This document shows positions 54,340 to 64,000 of a stretch of 64,000 nucleotides of DNA, piece after piece. The stretch covers positions 767,622,001 to 767,686,000 of the forward strand of contig NW_027362763.1 of NCBI RefSeq assembly GCF_046119375.1, given 5' to 3'. The stretch's first letter is position 1. Each line of letters starts with the position of its first letter. The translations under genes and the position numbers were made by a program. The notes under the pieces are model-generated. The model had not been told where the DNA came from. It ran no database searches and saw only the letters and a list, made by a program, of their open reading frames with translations. Source of the stretch: Phyllobates terribilis (taxonomy: Eukaryota).

Positions 54340-56817
54340 TTTTTTAAAACACCTGGACATAAGATGTGACCCTCCACAAAAGGAGCACTCGTGTTTGTAT
54401 TAGCAAGTATCTTTCCTCATTGTAGTTTGAGCCAGTATTTGGCACTGAACATTAGCAGGTTTGGAGGGCAACATAAGGTTCAGCCACAAAACCACATCCT
54501 TAACCCCCCCCATCTAAGGGATGGGTATACCGATAGTTTCTGTCTACAATTCTCATCATAGACATACCAGCTCAGATTGCCAAAATATTTGTATGCTTCC
54601 AATACTATTTCCACATGTTGGAAAAGCCCTGAACACTTGCTGGGAAACCTCTCACCCATAACATAATACAAAAGGCTTGCAGACAATTATTAAAAGACCC
54701 TGGAATCGGTCTGCGTCTATCATCGTCTTTCTCCAGCCGGGACAAAAAGTCCTTAGAAGCTGGCAGCAAAGACAAAATATCCAAATATTCATTACACCAA
54801 ATTTTTTTTTTTACTGTTATAGGTAAGTGATAACCCAGAGAGGAGACAGTGCATACTAACGCTTCCTTATAACAATCCTCCCCTACCCCTTTTACTCCTG
54901 AAGCTACAGGAGTTAACATGGATTCCTGCTCCCCCCTCTCGCCCCCCCAGGCCCTGGTCTAAGTGCTTCCATACCTCAGCTACACCCGGGGCCCTGGAGG
55001 ACAGACTAGCTGGCCTAGAAGGCACAGCAGGGGGCTGTAATAAGAACCTCAATGAGGGCAATACATACAACTGTTCCAGAGTGTAGTGTGTATCATGTTT
55101 GCTATACTCACCGCCATCAGGCGACCCGTTCTGACTGTCCTCACGCCTGAAGACCTCGTTCTCTGCGGGCTCTCCAGCTTGCGGACCGTCAGTCTCAGGA
55201 CCAGCAACGGCTTCCTCCAGCCGGTTGTCAACTTAGGCCTTGTGTGTGGGGTGACATCAGCGGCACCCCTGCGTCCTGGCCTCCTCCCTGGTGTACCATG
55301 CGCCCTCACTGGGGATGGAGAGTATACCACTCTCCTCCTCCTGCTCCTGGCTTCGCCACGCAGGACCGCGCCGCTGGATGACGTCATCAGGGCTTCCGGC
55401 TCAGCGTCGGTGATGCGCTCCTCCAGTGCTTCCTGTTCTCCGTTCAGTCTGCGGGCAGCACTCGGTCCAGGCACATCTCCCTCATCCTGGTCCAGGCATC
55501 GACAGATCCATGACAGGGCACCTTCCTCCCCCATCTTGCGGTGCAGCTCCTCCATCAGGGCGACCATGGTGACACAGGTGTGACGCAAAGCTGCGCTTGG
55601 TATCACAGATCCTAGAAGGGTGTATTGAAGGATTCCTCCACAAGAAGCCCCCATAACCATTCACACATCTCCACCTTCCACCTCAGACCACCAGAGGGAG
55701 CCCGTTAGGGATAGATAAATAGGGAAGGTGGAGCCAGGCAGCAGTAAGTCTATTCTGGAGTCAGAGTCGAGTTCAGTCTGGTTTAGCAGTGAGTCCAGTG
55801 CAGTCTGAGAAGAGTTACCTCAGAGGACAAAAGCCTGTTCCAGCTCCTGCAATTGCTATCCTGCAGTGGAGCTTATCCAGATCAAGACTCCGGGTAGCTC
55901 AGAGAGGTGAGCGTTAGGTGTGCCAGCGCCATAAGATCGGTGAAGCGCGGCGAGCTGCCGTTAGTGTGAGTAGCCTAGTGAGGGCCCGAGTAGGCCGAAG
56001 GCGAGTGGAGAGTTAGTACATAGGGGGCAGAGGAGCTTAATTGGCTCACCCCGAAGCAGTTACCAGACACCGGGTCCGAAGCTTACCGGATCTCCACGAC
56101 CCAGTAAGATAAACCGGAATCCCTGGAGAACTACAAGTCCCAGGATCGCTAAATTGCTGATACGTAACAGAGCCAGGAGACACATAGGCCCCGTAAGTTG
56201 GGAGCGTGCACTCCAAGAGAAGGCCCAACCACAAGGTCAGCCAGCGCAGGACAGAGACAAAGTTAGGCCTAGCTCCAGGCAGGTGAGAAACTTACTACAC
56301 AGAGGCAAGAAACAGGAGGCCCAAAACTCGCTCCTTGGGGAGGATCCTGACATGCACCCTTCACCCTACAGTGCTCCGGGACGTGCCTGAATTTCCATCA
56401 GTAAAAGGTACTGAAGTGACTATAGTGTCTGTCCCCGTTCTTGCTCTGACCCGGCTCGGTCTCGCCTGTCCTGCATTCCCCATCCATACACTGCCCTGAG
56501 GCCTAGCTCCACCTGTGGGGAGCTATACCACCCAGCTGCCTTATCACCGGCCTCAGTGGACTGCGCAGCGCTGGTGATTCTCACCAGAAGCCACAGGTGG
56601 CGTCACGAACTCTTTTATAAACTTAACAAATTATCCACCCTTTTTAAGGAGAGACCCCAGGGTACTGGCCCGGGAGCCGACCGCCGCGACATCCCCAAGG
56701 CTAAAGGCCCGGGTATCCGAGTCATCCCCATCCCCTGGGCTTGTCACAGGCACGGTGGTGGCAGCCGCACTAGATGAGCAGCGTCTGAGGACTGACACTC
56801 TCCTCAGGCGATGCCAT
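54340..56817 (-). pseudogene. Ngaro ORF1 (gag-like with zinc fingers), interrupted by a solo LTR
   Basis: ATG 56817 (MASPEES) reads across the LTR insertion into CVTMVALMEEL; C-terminal WYVYDENCRQK and HECSFCGGSHLMSRC motifs. Confidence 0.75.
55579..56746 (+). mobile_element. Gypsy-type solo LTR inserted in Ngaro ORF1
   Basis: TGTGAC...TTGTCA, 4-bp TSD CAGG. Confidence 0.88.
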
Positions 56818-57104
56818 CTTTAATACCCTGCACCACCAATGTTTAATAAATATTAGGACCCTATCAGCAGCTGTCGCATAGGGACGTAGTCTTCCCCCTG
56901 CGACACCACACTGACAGGCTGGCTACCTGAACCAATCCCCTGAGTTCCAGTCAAGAAGCCTTTCATCTCTGCAAAGAACCGGAAGGTCAGACTTGAGTTT
57001 GCCAAAGAACACAGCCAATGGAAAGAGACAGATTGGTCTAAGGTGTTGTGGTTGAATGAATCCAAGTTCAATCTGTTTTGTAGTGATGGCAAGCACTATA
57101 TATA

Positions 57105-58348
57105 TGAAGCGCTCTCTGGGCCGTGGGGTACCCGGTGCCAGGCCGGTAGATGCTGGGGGATGTGTCACAGTGGTGGTGACCTGGTCCGTGACCCAGGGCG
57201 GTCATTCAAAAGGGGATTATTTACAGGGGAATTATATACAAAGTTCGTGATGCCACCTTTGTTATGCGGCTAAGGGAGCCGCCGCTACGGAGCAGGTCCT
57301 CTGGAGCTGATGTAAGTGCAGTAAAGCTGGTGTGGCTCTGCACAGGTAGAGCTTAGCTCCAGGGCAGTGTAGATGTTATAGGTTGTGCTGGGCGTTGTAG
57401 TGCAGGGGTGATGGCGCAGACAATAATCACAGAGACAGTGGGGTGCAGTCTTCCGAGTTTACTCACAGTGGTTAAGTTCCTCAGGTTGCACTGTCCAGCT
57501 TACAGCCTCCCACGTCGCGATGCGTTCACCAAGCAGGGGTTCAGCAATCCCCCAGATAATTCAGGAGCACTTAACGGGACCCCTTTCTGTGTGCCTTTCT
57601 CAGTCGTCTTCCTGCGCTGGCTCTCACCCTCCTGCCCTGCGCCTCGCAACCAGTGTCCCAATCCGGTAGCCTCGGGTCTTATCGGGCGACCTGCAGTCCC
57701 CTGGACCCTCTGTGGCCACCTCGGTGATATAGTTGCGGATGTGGCCACTGCACCCTGCAAGTACAGCAGCCTCCGGTTCCTAGCTGAGCCTTGTAGTTCT
57801 CCACTAGTTAAGGGGCCGGTCCCCTCTGCGGCTTGATCCCTCCACCGCCTGGCAGATTCGGGCGTACGGGTTGGCCTCCAGCACTTCCCGTACCCCTGGG
57901 ATCCCTTCTGTTCCTGGAGCCTTTCTCCTGCTCCCTCTCCTCTTCTCTCTCTCCTTCTTCTCTCTCAGTCCTGGGCCTCTCACTAGGCCCGCTTCCGGAG
58001 CAGAGCTCCTGCAGAGCCTCTGCTCCCCTCACTTCCCTCCTCTGACTGGCTTGTCTTTCTAAGATGGCTCCCCTTTTTATACAGCTTCCTTTCATGTGCT
58101 CCCCTGAACTACGTCCTCCACCCACACCCACTACATGGTTCTCCCTCACTAGGTTCCCCCCACTCCAGCCAGGGAAGGGGCTCAGCAGGACAAGAGGCAT
58201 CTTGCCCCCCCCTGCTGGCCTGGAGTGGTGTGTTGGATGCAGATGTTAGGGTCCCGGGCAGCACTCCATTCTTACCTGAGAGTGGGATACCACACCTCTG
58301 GGTGAGATGCAGTACCTTTGTGGCGACTGAACCCTCAGGGGCGCCACA
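57105..58348 (-). mobile_element. Gypsy-type solo LTR, same family as 29299-30569
   Basis: Minus-strand TGTGGCGCCCCTGAGGGTTCAGTCGCCAC...GCGCTTCA, TSD TATA; splits Tc1 transposase. Confidence 0.9.
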
Positions 58349-58872
58349 TATACTGCCCAATTTGAAAACATAATGATGTAAGGTACCAAACACCTACAGT
58401 GAAACATGGTGGTGGCAATGTCATGGTTTGGGACTGCTTTTCTGCATGTGCCATTGGCCCTCTGCATAGATATGATGGAAATATGAATGCTACAATGTAC
58501 AAGGATATACTGGAGAATGTAATGCTGCCACATGGTAAAACCAAAGTAGGCAGGGGATGGAAATTCCAGCAAGTCAATGATCCCAAGCACACATCCAATT
58601 AAGTAAAAAACTGGTTTGCAAAGAAAAATGTTCGCCTGTTGCAATGGCCAAGCCAATCACCTGATTTAAACCCTGTAGAGCACCTTTGGAATGACTTAGG
58701 GCGACGAATTGGGGCCCCAACCCATAGCAATAAAGATGAATTGTTTGCAGATTTGCAAATGGAATGGAGCAGTATCCCTCAAGATGTCTTCAATACCCTA
58801 GTAGCTTCAATGCCCCTGTAAGTTATGGCATTGTAAACAATGAATTACTCTCTATGTTGTGATCAATAAATA

Positions 58873-60563
58873 CAACCCCTGGTAAAAATTATGGAATCAC
58901 CGGGCTCGGAGGATGTTCATTCAGTTGTTTAATGTTGTTGAAAAAAAGCAGATCACAGACATGGCACAAAAGTAAAATAATTTCAAATGGCAACTTTATG
59001 ACTTTAAGAAACACTATAAGAAATCAAGATAAAAAATGTGGTACTCAGTAAGGGTCATTTTTTTCAGACCAAGCAGAGGGAAAAATTATGGAATCACTCA
59101 ATTCTGAGGAAAAAATTATGGAATCACCCTGTAAATTTTCATTTCCAAAACTAACACTTGCATCATATTAGATTGGCTCGTTAGTCTGCATCTAAAAAGA
59201 AGTGATCACACCTTGGAGAGCTGTTGCACAAAGTGGACTGACATGAATCATGGCTCCAACATGAGAGATGTCAATTGAAGCAAAGGAGAGGATTATCAAA
59301 CTCTTAAAGGAAGGTAAATCATCACGCAATGTTGCAAAAGATGTTGGTTGTTCACAGTCAGTTGTGTCTAAAATCTGGACCAAATACAAACAACATGGGA
59401 AGGTTGTTAAAGGCAAACATACTGGTAGACCGAGGAAGACATCAAAGCATCAAGACCAGAAACTTAAAGCAATATGTCTCCAAAACAGGAAATGCACAGC
59501 AAAACAAATGAGGAATGAATGGGAGTAAACTGGAGTCAATGTCTGTGACCAAACTGCAAGAAACCGCCTAAAGGAAATGGGATTTACATACAGAAAGCTA
59601 AACAAAAGCCATCATTAACACCTAAACAGAAAAAAACAAGGTTACAATGGGCTAAGGAAAAGCAATCGTGGTCTGTGTATGACTGGATGAAAGTCATATT
59701 CAGTGTTGAATCGCGAATCTGCACTGGCAAGGTGATGATGCTGGAACTTTTGTTTGGTGCCGTTCCAATGAGATTTATAAAGATGACTGCATGAAGAGAA
59801 CATGCAAATTTCCACAGTCATTGATGATATGGGGCTGCATGTCAGGTAAAGGCACTGGGGAGATGGCTGACATTACATCTTCAATAAATGCCCAAGTTTA
59901 CATTGATATTTGGACAGTTTTCTTATCCCATCAATTGAAAGGATGTTTGGGGATGATGACATCATTTTTCAAGATGATAATGCATCCTGCCATAGAGCAA
60001 AAACTGTGAAAACATTCCTTGAAAGAAGACACATAAGGTCAATGTCATGGCCTGCAAATAGTCCGGATCTCAATCCAATTGAAAATCTTTGGTGGAAGTT
60101 GAAGAAAATGGTCCATGACAAGGCTCCAGCCTGCAAAGCTGATCTGGCAACAGCAATCAGAGAAAGTTGGAGCCAGATTGATGAAGAGTACTGTTTGTCA
60201 CTCATTAAGTCCATGCCTCAGAGACTGCAAGCTGTTATTAAAGCCAGAGGTGGTGCAACAAAATACTAGTGATGTATTGGAGTTTTCTTTTGTGTGTTTG
60301 TTTTTCATGATTCCATAATTTTTTCCTCAGAATTGAGAGATTCCATATTTTTTTTCCCTCTGCTTGGTCTCAAAAAAATTATCCTTGCTGAGTACCACAT
60401 TTTTTATTTTGATTTCTTTTAGTGTTTCTTAAAGCCATAAAGTTGCCATTTGAAATGACTTTAGTTTTGTACCATGTCTGTGATCTGCATTTTTTCAACA
60501 ACATTAAACAACTGAATGAATATCCTCCGAGCCCGGTGATTCCAAAATTTTTGCCAGGGGTTG
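58873..60563 (+). mobile_element. Tc1 transposon (three direct repeats per TIR), degenerate
   Basis: TIR CAACCCCTGG(T/C)AAAAATT, AAAAATTATGGAATCAC three times per end, TA TSD; DDNASCH...SPDLNPIE (DD34E) with stops upstream. Confidence 0.92.
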
Positions 60564-61445
60564 TAGTATATGCAAAACTTTTGGCAGTCAGTTTTCTGTA
60601 ATTAAATGAGCATACCTATATTCAAAAGCATTTTGGTTAAAATTAAGGTCTTGCATGATGACAGCTTCATGCACTTACAATTCATCACCACAGAAACAAC
60701 AACCAGACAGAAGTAATCACACGTTATTAAAAAATTCAAAACTTTTGGTATCGCCACTGTAGGTATAGGAACAGAATAAGGTATTAAGCGTAGTTAGGGT
60801 AAGGTGAAAGTGAACGCAGTTCCTTTAAGAAAGGGAAAATAAAATGGGACTGTTCCGCGTCCCTGAGGGCAAGGAGCCCTGAAGGCACTGGAAAATACCG
60901 ATGCTGGCCAGTGTGGCCGGAAGTTTGAATATAGAAGTGTGTTTTTTTCCCCCTCCGAGTTTGGTTACGCATGTTTAACACATTCCTCTGCTGGATTATG
61001 GGACACGTTAACCACCCTTTGTAACGAAAATGGACTGTGTGCAGCTGCCCTATGGAACGTGCTCTTTTAACCATGAACTGTCTTTATTCTTACCTTGAAC
61101 TTTTCCCGCAGGAGCTTATGGGCAGCGCACTTGTTTCTTTGAAGGGACCGTAGTCTACAAAAAGCGAGGAGGGGGAAAACCCTGAACAGGAAGACCCAAG
61201 GATCGAGCCGGGTCAGCATTGCAATAGCTAAAAGCGCTCCTGGACTGTCAGAGCTGTGGTTAGTTGGCCACTGAGCCGTTATGTTTAATGTGGACTTGCT
61301 GTGTTTGAATACTCAGAGCAGGATTAGTTGGCCAACTGGCCTGTTAGGTTTGAAAACGGACATGTTGTGTCTGGGTACCAAGAGCGAGGGGGCCGGAGTT
61401 AGTCGGACCTGCGTTTTAAAGAAAAAAAGGTACTTGGACACTTAA

Positions 61446-62696
61446 TCCTTTAACAACCTTGGGATTTTCCATTTTTGCGTTTTCATTATTTTCTCCCCTT
61501 CTTCCCAGAGCCATAGCCTTTTTATTTTTCTGTCAATATGGCCATGTGAGGGCTTATTTTTTGTGGGAGAAGTTGTATTTTTAAACGCCATCACTGGTTT
61601 TATCATATCGTGTACGGAAAAAATGGGTAAAAGATTACAAGTGCAGTGAAGATGCAAAAAAAAAATGCAATTCCACAGTTGTTTTTTAGTTTTATTTTTA
61701 CCATGTTCACTGAATGCTAACACTGACCTGCCATTATTATTCTCCAGGTCATTACGAGTTTGTAGACACCAAACATGTATAGGTTCTCTTTTATTTAAGT
61801 GGCAAAAAAAAAAATCCAAAATTTGCTAAAAAAAAATAAATGGCGCCATTTTCCAAGACCCGTAGCATCTACATTTTTTGGGATCTGGGGCTGGATGATG
61901 GCTTATTTTTTGCGAGTTGAGCTGATGTTTTTATTGATACCATTTTGGGGTAGATCCGATGTTTTATCGCCCGTTATTGCATTTTATTGCAATGTTGTGA
62001 CGACCAAAAAAACATAATTCTGGCGTTTAGAATTTTTTTCTCATTACGCCGTTTACCAATCAGATTAATTCTTTTTTTATATAAATAGATCGGGCGATTC
62101 TGAATGCGGCGATATCAAATATGTGTATGTAGGTTTTTTTTTTATTATTTTAATTTGAATGAGGTTTAAGGAGGGTGATTTAAACTTTTATATATTTTTT
62201 TGCTATTTTTAAAAACTTTTTTTTACACTTTCTGTGTGCTTTAATAGTCTCCATAGGAGACAAGAAGTAACAGACATCTGATTGCCTCTACTGCATACAA
62301 GCGATGAGCAGATCGCTGGTATGCAACAGAAATGCTCACTTGCTATAAGCGCCGACCACTAGGGGGTGCTCATAGCAATCGAGATATGACAACAGCAGGA
62401 GTCTGCTTCAGACCCCGGGTTGTCATGCCTACCCATCGGTGACCCGCAGTCATGTGACGGGGTCGCCGATGGGCGGGACTAATGCCGCACTTCCGGCCCG
62501 GCGATGTTAAATGCCGCTGTCAGAGATTGACAGCGGCATTTAACTGGTTAACAGCTGCGGGTGGATCGTGATTCCACCCGCGGCTGTTGCAGGCACATGT
62601 CAGCTGTATAAATCAGTGCGGGCTCAGTGCCGGAGTCCTCGCTGAACCGGGGGTGATGGCCTGGGGCGTACTAATAGGCCCCAGGCCAGAAAGGAG
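61446..62696. mobile_element. TTAA-flanked piggyBac-like MITE
   Basis: TTAA at 61442-45 and 62697-700; short inverted termini TCCTTT / AAAGGAG; no ORF. Confidence 0.65.
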
Positions 62697-64000
62697 TTAA
62701 TGTGGGCCAAAAGGCCGATGTATAGAAATCGACTCTAGTAAAAAAAGCATTGTAATCATATGTGAGAAAATGTGCATTGAATGTTTTTAAACAATACTTG
62801 CATAGATGTTTTATCAGCACCGTATGGTCGGGGACGACTATGTTTTTGGAGGGAGGAATGTAAGGAAGTGTTTTGGGCAATTCATGCCCTTCATCCCTTC
62901 CTTTGGGAATAGTCATGCTCTTGTTGTAATGTGAACAATGTTGCAGAGTGTGTATATATTGTGATATAATGTTTATGACTATTAATGATGTGAAAGATTC
63001 AAGTGTATTTTATTGACATTGATGTGATCTAGTATTGCATTGTATTACATGATAAGATAGGGACCGTGTAAGGATAAGAGGTTAACACATAGGTATAGGA
63101 GCAGAACAAGGTGTTAAGGGTAGTTAGGGTAAGGTAGGGGTTAACAGTTATAGTGGCACTCCCAATTAGGGAGGGGGAACTTAAATATATTAGGAGGGGC
63201 ATTTCCTGGTAAAGAGGAGAGTGAGGGAGATCAGAGAGGGTAGGTGTGAAAGGCCAGCTTGGGGCCAGCTCAAGAACAGAGCAACCTAAAGGAAACAAGT
63301 AACAGCAGCAGAAAGCAGTATGAGTACAGCAGCGATAGCATTCCTTGGAACATCCCTTAAATCCTGCGGTCTACGGGCAGAGCAGGGTATGGAGGAGCCT
63401 ACCCTAATTTCGTCTTCTGAGAGGAGAATTGGCGGCAATCCACAGAGGCAAGTCGGGGCAGAGTCCCGGGAAGCTGCGGCGCCAGGCGAGACCTCCCTAG
63501 TGCAGGAAGTGCCAGTAGAGAGAGGGATTACGCAAGCAACCAAAACCATCAATGCTGTGTTACACTGTGCTGTACCCAAGACCAATTATGAACTGAGCCT
63601 ATGGAGTAAAGTTGAACTGCTGGAAACGAGTCAAGAGTCTGGTGTGAACTGTGTGATCGAGCACAGACCCACGACCGTGGGACAGATGGAGCCTCATGGA
63701 ACAAAAGTTAGTGTTGTCCATTACAAACAAACCACACGACAGATAGGACACTATATTTTATTTGTGGGGAGCCAGGGTGTGGGAGAACAGCAGCCCCTTG
63801 CCCATGACTACCGCCTTGTGCCCTCTACAATGATCTAAGGAGATGGACGGTCCTCATCTTAAGCTGTGTTTTTCATGAGAAGTTTTCTCCCACATTTACG
63901 GCAAAATGCTCTGTGTTCACCGATCTTTGTGAATCGTCCGACTCTAAGGATACAGAAAGAACATGGATTAGCATTCAAGAAAGGGCAGGAATATCAGTTG

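Larger units (their letters stand above)
50935..56934 (-). mobile_element. Ngaro-type (DIRS superfamily) tyrosine-recombinase retrotransposon, decayed
   Basis: gag-like, RT, RNase H, YR and SGNH ORFs in order; 43-bp direct repeat (1 mismatch) at 50935-50977 and 56892-56934 consistent with split direct repeats. Confidence 0.9.
50622..60759 (+). mobile_element. Tc1 transposon split by three nested insertions (pieces 50622-50934, 56935-57104, 58349-58872, 60564-60759)
   Basis: Termini CAGTGGTGACCACAAGTTTTG / revcomp CAGTGGCGATACCAAAAGTTTTG, TA TSD; ATG 50881 MAKTKPNLSSDVRNLI; later pieces VKKPFISAKNRKVRLEF, TVKHGGGNVMVW, SPDLNPVEHLW. Confidence 0.85.

Noticed and set aside
63320-63838. 172-aa plus-strand ORF
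   Set aside because: No recognisable motifs; likely chance or antisense to a decayed retroelement

Overview
This is eukaryotic, non-prokaryotic DNA, most likely a frog intron or intergenic region (inferred from the transposon mix and vertebrate tRNA primer-binding sites). It is almost entirely transposable elements, and no host gene can be supported. Main contents: (1) the 5' part of a Ty3/Gypsy LTR retrotransposon (1-5039, minus) with a predicted -1 frameshift pseudoknot, plus four related solo LTRs; (2) seven Tc1 elements and one deleted mariner, one Tc1 having an intact DD34E transposase; (3) a very young, internally deleted 6.0 kb endogenous retrovirus (19486-25526) with LTRs identical by eye, RT/IN, a gamma-type env and an unannotated 42-aa transmembrane leader ORF; (4) an apparently intact intron-containing hAT transposon (42463-45609); (5) a decayed Ngaro tyrosine-recombinase retrotransposon with an SGNH-hydrolase ORF, nested inside a Tc1; (6) TTAA-flanked non-autonomous elements, hAT MITEs, mini/microsatellites and a 292-N gap. 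The most unusual signal is a second tRNA-Ser-complementary site at a conserved position inside U5 of all five Gypsy-type LTRs. In the one copy with a real PBS, this internal site matches the same tRNA as the PBS.
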